DNA of 64,000 bases from Tubiluchus corallicola. Its lineage: Eukaryota; Animalia; Priapulida. Below are positions 49,178 through 64,000 of this stretch, one piece after another (the first letter of the stretch is position 1; the number at the start of each line of letters is the position of its first letter). The stretch lies in contig JAQGDQ010000173.1 of the NCBI GenBank assembly GCA_030141605.1, positions 381,645 through 445,644 of the forward strand, written 5' to 3'. The position numbers were made by a program, and so were the translations under genes. The notes below the pieces were generated by a model. The model made no database searches. It was not told the DNA's origin and worked only from the letters and a program-made list of their open reading frames with translations.

Positions 49178-49675
49178 CATAGACATAGACATAAACATAG
49201 ACATAGACGTAGACATAGACATAGACATAGACATAGACATAGACATAGACATAGAACATTCATTTTCTCCAATTAGTTTAACATCAAAAGTTTTTTAAAT
49301 ATCAAGTAATTATAATCATGGAGCAGGGCAGGGAACGACCATAGGGTCATCTAGTCTCCTGCCCCTTTCTTATAAATTGATTAGTACATTAAAAATTAAC
49401 GGTGATGCTGCAGATAACAAAAAAAAACAAATCAGAAAAAATAATAATAATAACAGTATAAATGACACGAATTATCCAAAAAGAACTGAAAATAAAAAAT
49501 AATAAAGTTAGATACCTAAATCTAAACAAAACAATACAATTATTCAGTAATTAGGATAATTATATGTAGTAGTTTGAAATGAGGTCTTATTAACAGGGAC
49601 ATTTGACATGGGAATGGCGTCTTTTAAACTGTTTTTAAAAAAAGTTAGGTGCTCTGAGCACAGATGAAGGGAGCA
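49178..49675 (-). mobile_element. Short LINE 3' fragment with (TATGTC)n tail
   Basis: Minus-strand LPSSVLRAPN...FKR-like ORF2 end, AT-rich UTR and a hexamer tail at 49178-49255. Confidence 0.5.
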
Positions 49676-49707
49676 CCGATGATAGGTTCAGGGAGTTGAT
49701 TCGTCTT

Positions 49708-50494
49708 AGTTAGTTTAAACATAATTTATTATAGGATTGGATCAGACAGTTTGAACAACATGATTTAGGATCCTCACCACAACAGACTTTATACACTATT
49801 TACAAAAACATTTACAGTAAGAATTGACTATAACTACACAAGCAGACAAGTTTTACTACAAGATTACATTAGACATTAGTAACATTTACAGTAAGAATTG
49901 ACTATAACTAAACAAGCTGACAAGTTTTACTACAAGATTACATTAGACATTAGTAACATTTACAGTAAGAATTGACTATACCTGCACAAGCTGACAAGTT
50001 TTACTACAAGATTACATTACACATTAGTAACATTTACAGTAAGAATAGACTATAACTACACAAGCTGACAAGTTTTACTACAAGATTACATTAGACATTA
50101 GTAACATTTACAGTAAGAATTGACTATACCTACACAAGCTAACAAGTTTTACTACAAGATTACATTAGACATTAGTAACATTTACAGTAAGAATTGGCTA
50201 TAACTACACAAGCTGACAAATTTTACTACAAGATTACATTAGACATTAGTAACATTTACAGTAAGAATTTACTATAACTACACAAGCTGACAAGTTTTAC
50301 TACAAGATTACATTAGACATTAGTAACATTTACAGTAAGAATTGGCTATAACTACACAAGCTGACAAGTTTTACTGCAAGAATACGTTAGACATTAGTAG
50401 AAAATGACGGTTAGAAAATATTAATGTACGAATATTTAAGACTGATGCATTTCATATCAGATAGAAGCTACTGGAAGCGTTTAGTACGTAATAC
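49708..50494 (-). mobile_element. Same LINE family 3' end with 74-bp array, copy B
   Basis: About 8 units; same UTR and terminus as copy A, with an (ACTA)n tail; TSD TGATTCGTCTT at 49697-49707 and TGATTCATCTT at 50495-50505. Confidence 0.88.
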
Positions 50495-50977
50495 TGATTC
50501 ATCTTGATCCCCTTCTGTTTTGCTTTCACTTTTTGGGGAATTTCCGGCAATTATTCCGGCAAGCTTTGCTAATCCGCTCAACACAAGTACTCCATGCTGG
50601 ACGGAGCGCTAATGAGGGTAAGCCATGGTTATTTATTTTCGTTGAGGTTCGTCTCCGCTTTACGCTCAAATCTTGAGATGTAAACACGCGTATCCAATGT
50701 CGTAACTTAACTGTCTTCTGCTACCCTCAAGCACGTCAATGCGGGAAATCTTCTAGACACAGCAAAGGTGTCGGTACTGGGGAATAAATTGTCTGCTGAA
50801 TGAACGCCATTGTGCAAGCCACTGCTGGAGTGTCCTTAGGGTTTTTTCTGGTGTTTAATAAACAGCGACCTAGTTTATTTCAGCTTATGTTTATTGCATA
50901 GCTCTTTGAGAGGAAATGAATAACAGAACCATCACTAAATTACTGCAGTAACTTTCTCATTAAAAGTTTAAGATCAA

Positions 50978-50978
50978 G

Positions 50979-51075
<97 letters not shown>

Positions 51076-51240
51076 TAATAATAATAATAGTAATAGTAAT
51101 TGTAACAATAATGATAATGATAATGATAATGATAATGATAATGATAATGATAATGATAATAGTGGTAGTGGTAATGGTACTGGTAGTGGTAGTGGTTGTG
51201 GTAGCATAGTAGTAGGAGTAGAATTAAATAATAATAATAA
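50978..51240. repeat. (TAA)n/(TAATGA)n/(TGGTAG)n compound microsatellite
   Basis: Direct reading of the sequence. Confidence 0.95.
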
Positions 51241-51312
51241 TCTTTATTTAAAGTCGGCTTTTGGATTAACAATCAAGATAAGCTCAAAGAGTCTTTGTTA
51301 TGCAACATAATC

Positions 51313-51596
51313 GTGATACCCGAAAACTGGGCCAATTTATGTTTGAAAATTTTAATTTCAGACTTACTGGCGTGTGGTCATGCGATTATATCATAAGTGT
51401 GTGCTACATCAGAAACGATCTGAAAGGTGCAGCGCCTGTTTTTTGTGCAATGTAACTGTGATACCCGAAAACTTGGCTAACTCATGTTTGAAAATTTTAA
51501 TTTTAGACTTACTGCTGTGTGATCATGCAATTATATCACAAGTGTGTGCTACGCCAGAAACGATCTGAAAGGTGCAGCGCCTGTTTTTTGTGCAAC
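51313..51596. repeat. 145-bp tandem duplication
   Basis: GTGATACCCGAAAACT... at 51313 and 51458, both ending CGCCTGTTTTTTGTGCAA. Confidence 0.88.
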
Positions 51597-51662
51597 GCGA
51601 TTCCGGCAGGGTCTAAGTTTTATTACCCATTACATTTAAATTAATTAAAAAATCAGTATTGA

Positions 51663-52202
51663 AGGAAAACCGGATGATTGTGTAAACACGAGTTCAGAAC
51701 AAAGTACGCTCTAAAATGTTGAAAACTACAATAGCTTTTTTAAATCAAAGCTTAGACTAAATAATAATTACCTCGGATAATCAAATTTCGTTAAACTTTC
51801 AACGCTACGCACGGCTCAGTGAATCTTCTAAGATTGGCAAAGGTGCCTTTTTGTCACGTTCGCGTGATAGAAGGCGGTACCGTGATAACCGTGATCATGA
51901 ACTGCAGTGTTAGTTTCTGACGTCATATGATATACAGCTCATTTTTCGTGACATTATGCGTTTAAACAGTACTGAAACACCTATGCAAACTTGCTTGATG
52001 CGCAAGGGAAGACGCCTGCCATTGCACAAACTGTGGTTAGTTTCTGACATAAGCAATAGCTGTGTTCGGTTGCCGTTAGTTAACTTTGTAAGCTAATTAT
52101 TCAAATATAAGAAACAATTGTTAACTTTTATAGGAAAGTAAATGTATATTTTAGACAGTAAATTAAAATGAGATAAAGCCTAAACAATCGTCCGGTCTTC
52201 TT
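51663..52202 (+). mobile_element. Kolobok/T2-like MITE, copy 3
   Basis: TTGA|AGGAAAACCGGATGATTGT ... ACAATCGTCCGGTCTTCTT|TTAG. Confidence 0.85.
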
Positions 52203-52280
52203 TTAGTGATCACTAATACTCGACTAATATCCTGCTTGCAAAGTGTCCTGCATCTAGGACATATATATATATATTAGGAC

Positions 52281-52320
<40 letters not shown>

Positions 52321-52819
52321 TATAATTAATTAAATCAGATATGTCGCTTATGTTTGTACAGTAATTCTGAGGTCAGCCTCTCTAATTAGCCCCACACATT
52401 ATAACATCAATACTAATGAGCTTGATCAGCTTCCTCTGATGCAGGCCTGCTTCCCGGTTACCTGGATACTAAAAGCGGGGGCATCGTATGGATTTTCTGG
52501 CAAGTCTTAAACATTGTGGGATAAACTGTGGTTTTGTTTTGTTGCTAAATACGGTACCTATACATAATGCATAGGTCACTTACTCGTGCATGTATTTGTG
52601 TGTTTTTGCACAGAGCTGCCATGATGATACCTGTCCCTGTTTTAAATACGGTAGGTAAATGGATGGGTGACCGTCTGTAGTGCTGTACAATTTATTTCGG
52701 TAACCCAAACAAAAGCACGAGTAAAATTACTGTATCTTATTAATAATATTATAATTGTGAAGGCGAAATTCTACCAGTTGGCGCGAACATTTTAATTTGT
52801 GCATCAAGATTTTCTAGTA

Positions 52820-53308
52820 CAGTCAATCTCGGGTATAAGGTACTCGTTTATAAGGGACACTCGCTTATAAGGGACCACCAACACCGGTCCCGATTTTTCG
52901 TAACGTCTTTCCTATGTAAAAATCTTCGTATATAAGGTATTCGGATAAAGGCGACTTTCGGTTATAAGGGACGAGATCTTCAGGTCCCGCGTAATAGAAA
53001 CCCGGGTAAATTACCTCACATATAAAGGACCCTATGATCAAAGCGATATTGATTGATTTTTAATCTCAATTTTTCGCAAACTTGGCCTTCGAACAGCTCG
53101 GTTTCTGCAGTCACATACATCTCGCATCACTGAAGGAGCTTCCTACATACCATTTGCACAGCAAGAATCCATAAGAATATGGGTAAAAGTACAGAAAAGT
53201 ACAGGTCTAGATACACCCTCGGCCTGATTCAACTTCGCTATAAGAGACATCGGATATGGGACGGTTTTTTTCTGGTCCAGAGGTGTCCCTTACATCCGAG
53301 GTTGACTG
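52820..53308. mobile_element. pogo/Tigger-like MITE
   Basis: TA|CAGTCAATCTCGGGTATAAGG ... CCTTACATCCGAGGTTGACTG|TA; repeated TATAAGGGAC subterminal motifs. Confidence 0.88.
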
Positions 53309-54379
53309 TAATGTAACTTTGTGTTGAAAGTTTTGTTAGGATACTTTGAAATTGGCCTTTTCTTCTTTTTTAAATACAATTTTCCTTCAGACGCATATAT
53401 AATTCGTGGATAAATAATAAATAATATATAATAATATATAATAAATTATCTGTATTAACCAAAGCCAGACGTTTCTTCCCCATCTCTGACTAATGGCTAA
53501 TGACTACTTGGAAGAGGTTGCAAATCACTTAAATACAGGATAGGTATAACTGATTCAGATCTGTGTGTTTGCGGTTTGGGCAGTCAAACCCCAGAGAATT
53601 TAATTTTTCATTGTCTGTTATCATTTGTTAGACAAGATATAAGAGTAAATCTCGAACGAGGTTTAGAAAATAATGACATTCGAACATTTAGAGAAAGAGA
53701 GACACTAATGTAATTAAAATGTATATAGATAATGTAAAAGAACTATCCCATAATGATCATATAGTAAATTGATTATACATTGATTATAAATATTGGATAT
53801 ATATTTAGAATAAGTAAATCATAATGCAAAATTGTCAGCTTGTTTAGTAAGAAATTTATAGTACATAGTGTATAGACTTATTTAACATTTTTGTACTTTT
53901 GTGCCCTGCGAATAGAGGGCTTACTGTATAATTTTCAATAAAGATTTTTATAATAATAATTAATAATGGCTAATTCACATACGTGGATTCCAGATACAAT
54001 CGTAATACTTGGGTTCTATTGTGTTAATTACGGCACGCTGCATGCCAATCATAATTATGCTAATTAAAATGAGCATGGGCTTAATCAATATTTGCGTACG
54101 CGTTTTCAATGATTGACTAATGTAATTGTAGGCGTAATCAATAGATTGTACAGAATGGGTGGTATGCATACCTTATGTTCGAACGTGTATGCTTTACAGT
54201 TAGCATGAACAGCAGAGGCTATGCGGGAATTTTATTAACACATAAATCTAAACATGCATTGATTTGATCCAACGTTGGCAGAACCGTATCCTGCGTTAAA
54301 ATATTTTTTGTTAGCTAAGGTATCTAAACTTAGTCGGCTATTTTCTGACATCATTGTAACTTGCATTGTTTCGCAATCT

Positions 54380-54850
<471 letters not shown>

Positions 54851-56045
54851 ACCTTTCTTCTCCCTCAACTTTTTCTTGCTTTCGTTGTTCAACATGCAGC
54901 TGGTTCTGCCCGGCATCAATTACTGTATAATGTTCAAATAATTATGGACATATTAGGCTTTTGTTACAAGCCAGATGTCATATGAACAACAGCTGGACGA
55001 CGTTCATTGAATGCACACAGTGTTAAAGGCTATGAATTTTAATTAATCAAAATGCTAATCAACAGCAACGTATAACTTACTTGTACTACAGCACAGCAAA
55101 ACATAGTAGAATAGTAAGTATAGTAGTAAAGTACAGTAGTATGTATAGTAAAGTATAGTAGAAAATAGTGCTAATATTGCACAGTGTACTTACTGTATTT
55201 TTTTATTATTATAATTCTTTATTTTTAAAAACTATGTACAGAATACATTCCCTCTATTTGTGGGGATATGTTTAAAATTCTAAAAGCATTTGCAACGTAT
55301 TAAACATATTCACACACACGCACACGCACACACACGCACGCACGCACACACACACGCACGCACGCACGCACACACACACACACACACATATATATATAAT
55401 TTAGAATCCAACGTATGAGACACATTGAACGACAACGATCATATACAGTAGACATAGTTACAAATTATAATCCAACACTACATACATACATAATAAACGA
55501 TAACGAACATATTTTAATACATAGTAATAAGAATTTACACACATTATACACAATGAAAAACAGCGAGTACAATTATAATAATAACCAATAACGTAATTAC
55601 CAATTCTAATGTAAATTCACATAATCATAAATAAAAACAAAACAGGATATAGAGAACACGGGGAGAGTTGTAAAATTTCATCACCAACAGACTGTTTATA
55701 TACGATATTTACATGTCCTTACGTATTAAAGATAAGATCTATATGCGCATATTTAGTCTTCGCAGACTTGTCACTTAAAAAACACGTCTAGCTGCAAAGT
55801 TGAGAAGGTGTGTATATTTGTTTTGGCAATGAATAGACTAGTACTACTAGTTCATGATAAAGAAGTTAAACCGGCATTTGTGTAGCAAGAACATTCCATG
55901 AAGACGTTATATTGAATATAATACGATCATACTTTATCGTAACAGGAACGTACACAAAATCTACAGCAACGTAATGATCGTGTAACAATAGTTTCTTGAC
56001 TGCTGTTATACAATAACATCAAATGGTTAGTAAACATTGTTAGCA

Positions 56046-56305
56046 CCCCTCTCTCTCCCTTCACTTTATGCCTCTCCTTCCCTTTCTTTCCCTTCCCCTC
56101 CCTTCCCTTTTCTCTCTGTCTCTCTCTTTCTCTCTCTCTCTTCCCTTCTCTTATCTTCATTCCTCTCCCCCCTCTCTTTCTCTGCCTCTGCCTCTTCCCT
56201 TCCCTTCCCTTCCCTCTCTCTCACTCTCTCTCTTTCTCTCTCTCTCTCTCTGCCTGTTCCCTTCCTTTCCTTTGCTTTCCTTTGCTTTCCTTCCCTTCTC
56301 TTTAC

Positions 56306-56340
<35 letters not shown>

Positions 56341-56441
56341 CCTCTCCAACCTCTATCTCACTCACTCTGTCTCTGGCTGTCTCTCTCTCTCAACTCGTTT
56401 CTTCACCAATCTGCTTTCTCTCTTTTCTCTACATATCTCTC

Positions 56442-56539
<98 letters not shown>

Positions 56540-56666
56540 CCTCTCCCTCTCCAACCTCTATCTCACTCACTCTGTCTCTGGCTGTCTCTCTCTCTCAACT
56601 CGTTTCTTCACCAATCTTCTTTCTCTCTTTTCTCTACATATCTCTCTCTCCTTTCTCTCCTCTTCT

Positions 56667-56728
<62 letters not shown>

Positions 56729-56730
56729 AC
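56046..56730. repeat. (CT)n-rich tract with an internal ~100-bp duplication
   Basis: CCCTCTCCAACCTCTATCTCACTCACTCTGTCTCTGGCTG... occurs at about 56340 and 56545. Confidence 0.92.
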
Positions 56731-57049
56731 TGTCTATCTGTTTTTCTTATTCTCTGTCTCGCTTTTCCTCACCCTTCTCTTGCTGGTAAGCTCCTAAAAT
56801 AGCACGAGCAATCATGCTCAGATCTTTGACATCGTTTTGTACTTAACAAAATTATGACAAACCGTCCAACCGTGAGGCTTCAGTGCTGTTTCAATGACTT
56901 CAATTATTAAAGAACAGAGGATGCGAAGTAATTACCGGAGCCAATATCAAACACTGATTAAGTTCAACACAATGCTCTTTGCAATTAAATAAAAACTGTG
57001 AGGCTTTACGTGTAGGGCTTTACCGTGGATCACGAAAAACGATTCGCGA

Positions 57050-57135
57050 TAATGCTGGCGTTCAATAGCTATGTAGATTGCAAATAGGAGCGGCATCAGA
57101 ACTGCGCCTTGAATAACGCCAATGTAGCTCATATA
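57050..57135 (-). mobile_element. Highly decayed LINE reverse transcriptase remnant
   Basis: IGVIQGAVLMPLLFAIYI resembles the GVPQGSVLGPLLF motif; extent uncertain. Confidence 0.5.
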
Positions 57136-58033
57136 TAATCATAAGATATTGCGATTATATATTATCTTGCATATATATTGCAAGATATATTGCATATTAA
57201 TAATAACTTTAACAATTAATCCAAAAACATCTGTGCTAAGGTTGTCTGGAATGCGAAGCATTGTATTACTCGCTTGTTGAGTCTTTCCTGCCCGAATGCT
57301 CGCATATTCATTTAGTACACTGTTTTAGCGTTGCAGATGAATCCATTTCGTGAACATGCTATTTAGAACAGCGTTTAGCATTGTCGTGGGATCCGTTTTA
57401 CCATAAAAAATCAGAATACGAAGTTGCTGTATTGTGATGTCACAATAAAAAACTGGTTAAAATGTTATAACTATAGGAACGACAACGAGACTGACTTACA
57501 GCGAAATAGACCTGGTTATAAAGTTACAACGAAAGCGAGTGACCCAATAAGGAGTTGTATACTTTCTTCATTAAATAGCTCAAAGCAGTCGTTGTATTCT
57601 AATACTATCCAGGCGTAAACAAATGAAATATTTCTACTTTGCCTGCACGAGTGCACAGACTTTCAACAGCGGAGAAATTAAAAAACGCTTAGCCTATCGT
57701 GTAACTTCACCACGCTTTTAGATCAGCTACGACCTTAAGTCACTTTTAATTGACTAGATACTGTAACCAAAGAACAAGTTTTGCCGTGGAAAGATTTCCC
57801 CCCAGTTGAAGGTGCACCTTCGAAACGGGCTTCACAGCTGCTGTGTGGATTCATTTTTGCATTTCTGGAGTAAAAGATAGTTCTAAGAGCGTCGAAAGCA
57901 GTTTATGAAAGTGGAAAGAAATGCACGCACTTTCCACAGAATATACTTTAAATTACCAATTAAATCATGTCAGTAAATACGTTAAATATTAACGACATAA
58001 TGAAGAGACGACGTTAAGTAAGAGTGTAGTTTA

Positions 58034-58560
<527 letters not shown>

Positions 58561-58568
58561 TTTAATTC

Positions 58569-58599
<31 letters not shown>

Positions 58600-59089
58600 C
58601 AGTGTTTAATATTTATTTTGCTTTTACCACTAGTTTACTAATTTCTTTTAATTGAACCACTTATGTAACTTAACTGTACACGTGTGTTCGAAAATAAATG
58701 ATGTTAATAATATATAGTTTTAACGATAACTATACATTACAAAAGCCATGTACAACGTCTGGCTTCATAGAGGAAGTACTTTTAGAAGATGTTGTCAACT
58801 GCTTTGTAGTATAATTAAATTCTATAAAATATATTTTACGTGACTTTAATAAACTAAATACGGATTACTGTATCTCATTAGATGATATGTTTACGTTCAC
58901 TTGCAAATCTACGTGACATATTCAGCAATGTCAACGAGATTCAAAAAAGTCAGTCAATTTTGTTTGTACAAAATTTCTGTTTGTCTCACGTAAAAACGGT
59001 TTGAAGCAAAGTGGCTGCAGTAGAGATCATCACTTGCTGAAACCATCATCCCATTAGCACCCTACCAATGTACATACTGCTGACAGACT

Positions 59090-59705
59090 AATTGTTTTTA
59101 TACAGCAAGTAGACAAAATGAACTCATTGTTTTTATACAGCAAGTAGACAAAACTAACTCATTGTTTTTATACAGCAAGTAGACAAAATGAACTCATTGT
59201 TTTATACAGCAAATAGACAAAATGACCTCATTGTTTTTGTACAGCAAGTAGACAAAACGAACTCATTGTTTTTATACAGAAAGTAGACAAGATGAACTAT
59301 TGTTTTTATACAGCAAGTATACAAAATGAACTCATTGTTTTTATACAGAAAGTAGACAAAATGACCTGCCGTCAAGACATTTTAATAACTCTGCATAGTG
59401 AATACTCGACAAAAATTTTTCTGACGGATTGAACACAACTGTAGATTAAGTCGCAAACTGTTGGCAAAGGTACAGCATGCAGTAAAAACTTATAAGTACT
59501 GTACCTAGTACTGCTGACAGACGCATTGTTTTTATACAGCAAGTAGACAAAATGAACTCATTGTTTTTATATAACAAGTAGACAAAATGAACTCTTTTTT
59601 TGTACAGCAAGTAGACAAAATGAGCTCATTGTTTTTATACAGCAAGTAGACAAAATGGCCTGCCGACAAGACATTCTAACAAGTCTGCATAGTGAATACT
59701 CGACA
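59090..59705. repeat. 35-bp tandem repeat in two blocks with duplicated flanks
   Basis: CATTGTTTTTATACAGCAAGTAGACAAAATGAACT; both blocks are preceded by TACTGCTGACAGAC and followed by CTGCATAGTGAATACTCGACA. Confidence 0.92.
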
Positions 59706-60229
59706 CCTTTTTTTAAGTTGCAAACTGTTGGCTTTTATTTTAGATCATTTTTCGAAGTTTTATTTTCTTCTACGGTAATTTTTGATTATTTTCCAGGACT
59801 GCATCCTTGGGCAAGGTGACTTATCAGTTCTGCTACAAAAATAAACTCCTTGCTTAAGTTATTAGCTAAGAAAAATGTACCTTTCTATCTTATAAAATGA
59901 ATGAATGCAGGCAATGTTAACAAAGCTATTTATTGAACGTGGTAAAACTCGAAGTTGTAAATATTATTGGCATTAATTTTGCCGATGTTGTTGTGAAAAT
60001 CTTCACTAGAAAAACTCAGTGAATGCTCAGGGCAGTGTTGCATATATTCGGGGTTAGCTGGTTTTAGAAAATGCAGAGTCTAATTGTTTGAGAGGCTTAA
60101 AGGGCGATCCATCTCTCTCTCTCTCTCTCCCTCTCTCTCTCTCCTCCTTCCCCCCTATCTCTCGTCCCTCTTCTCTCTCTCTCTCCATCTCTCCATTTCT
60201 GTCTCTCTTTCTCTCTCTACCCTCAATCC

Positions 60230-60262
<33 letters not shown>

Positions 60263-60342
60263 CTCCCTCCCCCTCTATCTCTCGCCCCTCTTCTCTCTCT
60301 CTCTCCATTTCTGTCTCTCTTTCTCTCTCTACCCCTCAATCC

Positions 60343-60403
<61 letters not shown>

Positions 60404-60439
60404 TTCCGTCTCCCCATTTCTCTTTGCTTGATCTCTTTT

Positions 60440-61045
60440 GCCATCTTTCCTGATACCACATTGAACACTAGAACATACAATTTAAAGCAAATTACAGTAA
60501 ACAATAAATTTGGAAATAACTCTATATCAAAACAGGCCATACATTTATGGAACTTACTACCCAGTGCAATAAAACAAATAGAATCTCTCCACCACTTTAA
60601 AAAGAAATTAAAAGAATATCAATATAACAGGTTTCAACTTCCACATTGTGCATCTGATACTAATTACACGGACTCCACCTTCATATACCCCCGCCCCTGA
60701 CTCCATATAATGATTAAAAATGAAATTTTTTTAAAAAAATTATGTAATGTAATACGTGTTATGTTAGTTTCGTGTTTCGTAATGTTAAATGTATAAATAG
60801 TGTGCACTATGTAATGTAAAATTTAATGTACTTTCCTATAATTGTTTGTAAAAATATTTTAATATGGTATTTGTAAATATGTTCATTATATTGTATATAG
60901 TTTGCACTTTAGTTTTTTTAGTATGCACTGGACGCATTTGTCTTGAACAGTGTTGTTATTTTAACATTACGCTGAGGCTAACTCAATTTTATTATAATGA
61001 GGGAACCGTTTTTATGACAAATAAAGAATTAATATATATATATAT
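60440..61045 (+). mobile_element. LINE 3' end (ORF2 C-terminus and UTR) within a CT-rich tract
   Basis: NTRTYNLK...FGNNSISKQAIHLWNLLPSAIKQIESLHHFKKKLKEY; AATAAA then an (AT)n tail at about 61020-61045. Confidence 0.8.
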
Positions 61046-61914
61046 TTCTCCTCTCGTCCTCTCTTTCTGTTTCCCTCTGTCTTTCTATCTCTCTCCCCTC
61101 TCTCTCGGTGCCTCTCTCTTTCTCCCCCTCTCTCTAATTCATAGATTGAGTCCTTGCTATCATGATCAATTGGCCGTGTTGCAACCCAAGACTAAATACT
61201 GGTTCCTCGCTTTAGTTACTAATAATTAAAAGAGAGAAATTTCCTTCCAAATTTGCAAGTGCAAGAGGTAGAGCAAATTTGGGTGAACTGCTTAAGCCTG
61301 GTGTATATCGGCCCAATGTAGGCTATTTTAACAGAAAAGACAGACAAAAATGACACCAGTGATAGCTGAAATGATACATGTTATAAGAGCTGAGTCGAAT
61401 TCCAGTCAAACAACAGCTTAGTCCCTGCGGCCAAATTCATCATTCCGCCGCAAAAGTGAAATACCAATAATTAGCACTACAGTTATGCATTGCGACTGCC
61501 ACCCATGCACAGATGTTTCCGTTTAGGCTGCTTAACCGCGCATGATGACCAGTGGCGACCCCCTGCGGTCGTGACGGACAGAAGCGAGGATTGCGAGCGC
61601 CCAAATCAGCTCAGGCCTCATCTGGCTTCAATAAATTCTTGGGAATAAAGCTGGGCCCGGTTTTCCCATCGGCTTCCACGCCTGGATGCCACCTGCGCTC
61701 TGGCTTCGTTGCCTTAAACTTCAAAAACAGGGACGGGAACGGTTTACGACCAGACATTTGCCACTTGCTAATCTATTTACGGCTTTATGCATTTATGACA
61801 CGACAAAACAAAGTGGCCACAAGCCGCCCGCTGAGTTGCGCAATTTTAGCGAACGCGCGCTTCAAGAAATCACGCGACGCTTGTCCGTAATTTCTGTCAA
61901 ACTAGGGTTGTTAT

Positions 61915-64000
61915 GTTTTGAAAAATTAAATGAAATACTTCTGCCCGAAAACCTTAATATAGCTGCCTTAGGAACTAACGATCTGTTGAAGTTGTTATTA
62001 TTCGGAAAAGAAGAATTTAACTATGTTGCTAACTGTAAAATATTCCGATGTATACATGACTTTATATTACGTACTAAACGCTTCCAGTAGTTTCTATCTG
62101 ATATGGAATGCATCAGTCTTAAATATTCGTACATTAATATTTTCTAACTGTCATTTTCTACTAATGTCTAATGAAATCTTGTAGTAAAACTTGTCAGCTT
62201 ATGTAGTTATAGTCTATTCTTACTGTAAATGTTACTAATGTCTAATTTAATCTTGTAGTAAAACTTGTCAGCTTGTGTAGTTATAGTCTATTCTTACTGT
62301 AAATGTTACTAATGTCTAATTTAATCTTGTAGTAAAACTTGTCAGCTTGTGTAGTTATAGTCTATTCTTACTGTAAATGTTACTAATGTCTAATGTAATC
62401 TTGTAGTAAAACTTGTCAGCTTGTGTAGTTATAGTCTATTCTTACTGTAAATGTTACTAATGTCTAATGTAATCTTGTAGTAAAACTTGTCAGCTTGTGT
62501 AGTTATAGTCTATTCTTACTGTAAATGTTACTAATGTCTAATGTAATCTTGTAGTAAAACTTGTCAGCTTGTGTAGTTATAGTCTATTCTTACTGTAAAT
62601 GTTACTAATGTCTAATGTAATCTTGTAGTAAAACTTGTCAGCTTGTGTAGTTATAGTCTATTCTTACTGTAAATGTTACTAATGTCTAATGTAATCTTGT
62701 AGTAAAACTTGTCAGCTTGTGTAGTTATAGTCTATTCTTACTGTAAATGTTACTAATGTCTAATGTAATCTTGTAGTAAAACTTGTCAGCTTGTGTAGTT
62801 ATAGTCTATTCTTACTGTAAATGTTACTAATGTCTAATGTAATCTTGTAGTAAAACTTGTCAGCTTGTGTAGTTATAGTCTATTCTTACTGTAAATGTTA
62901 CTAATGTCTAATGTAATCTTGTAGTAAAACTTGTCAGCTTGTGTAGTTATAGCCTATTCTTACTGTAAATGTTACTAATGTCTAATGTAATCTTGTAGTA
63001 AAACTTGTCAGCTTGTGTAGTTATAGTCTATTCTTACTGTAAATGTTACTAATGTCTAATGTAATCTTGTAGTAAAACTTGTCAGCTTGTGTAGTTATAG
63101 TCTATTCTTACTGTAAATGTTACTAATGTCTAATGTAATCTTGTAGTAAAACTTGTCAGCTTGTGTAGTTATAGTCTATTCTTACTGTAAATGTTACTAA
63201 TGTCTAATGTAATCTTGTAGTAAAACTTGTCAGCTTGTGTAGTTATAGTCTATTCTTACTGTAAATGTTACTAATGTCTAATGTAATCTTGTAGTAAAAC
63301 TTGTCAGCTTGTGTAGTTATAGCCTATTCTTACTGTAAATGTTACTAATGTCTAATGTAATCTTGTAGTAAAACTTGTCAGCTTGTGTAGTTATAGCCTA
63401 TTCTTACTGTAAATGTTACTAATGTCTAATGTAATCTTGTAGTAAAACTTGTCAGCTTGTGTAGTTATAGTCTATTCTTACTGTAAATGTTACTAATGTC
63501 TAATGTAATCTTGTAGTAAAACTTGTCAGCTTGTGTAGTTATAGTCTATTCTTACTGTAAATGTTACTAATGTCTAATGTAATCTTGTAGTAAAACTTGT
63601 CAGCTTGTGTAGTTATAGTCTGTTCTTACTGTAAATGTTACTAATGTCTAATGTAATCTTGTAGTAAAACTTGTCAGCTTGTGTAGTTATAGTCTATTCT
63701 TACTGTAAATGTTACTAATGTCTAATGTAATCTTGTAGTAAAACTTGTCAGCTTGTGTAGTTATAGTCTATTCTTACTGTAAATGTTACTAATGTCTAAT
63801 TTAATCTTGTAGTAAAACTTGTCAGCTTGTGTAGTTATAGTCTATTCTTACTGTAAATGTTACTAATGTCTAATGTAATCTTGTAGTAAAACTTGTCAGT
63901 TTGTGTAGTTATAGTCTATTCTTACTGTAAATGTTACTAATGTCTAATGTAATCTTGTAGTAAAACTTGTCAGCTTGTGTAGTTATAGTCTATTCTTACT
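61915..64000 (+). mobile_element. Same LINE family as copies A and B, copy C, with expanded array
   Basis: LLPENLNIAALGTNDLLKLLLFGKEEFNYVANCKIFRCIHDFILRTKRFQ* (stop at 62090), same proximal UTR, then the array; 5' boundary approximate. Confidence 0.85.
62158..64000. repeat. 74-bp satellite array, about 25 near-identical units, open at the window end
   Basis: Unit TACTGTAAATGTTACTAATGTCTAATGTAATCTTGTAGTAAAACTTGTCAGCTTGTGTAGTTATAGTCTATTCT. Confidence 0.97.

Noticed and set aside
62158-64000. Telomeric or centromeric identity of the terminal array
   Set aside because: No telomere motif, and the unit is traceable to a LINE 3' UTR; chromosomal role cannot be judged from this window.

Overview
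Eukaryotic, AT-rich, intron-rich animal DNA; the 5S sequence and domain content suggest an invertebrate, possibly a lophotrochozoan (inference). Positions 852-34890 hold 19 phase-compatible + strand exons (3,533 nt, about 1,178 codons, no internal stop) of a polycystin-1-like (PKD1L/REJ family) receptor: 3xWSC, FN3, 2xEGF, PKD/REJ and the start of a GAIN-like helical region. Its start lies upstream of the window, and I found no GPS, transmembrane or PLAT exons in the remaining 29 kb. The introns carry large minisatellites, a decayed L2-type LINE, MITEs and an LTR-bounded, internally deleted BEL/Pao retrotransposon (23617-29856). After about 36 kb the DNA is repeat-dominated: a tRNA-like element, a TSD-flanked 5S-rRNA-headed retroposon, TTAA/Kolobok-type MITEs in a ~1 kb inverted duplication, compound microsatellites, and three copies of one LINE 3' end whose 3' UTR holds a 74-bp tandem repeat (~9, ~8 and at least 25 units, the last running off the window). 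Best leads: the LINE-borne satellite, the 5S/LINE chimera, symmetric substitutions at the outer LTR termini, a minisatellite built from a splice donor, and a half-EGF micro-exon. Most long ORFs in the supplied track are tandem-repeat artefacts. All identities and copy numbers were counted by eye.
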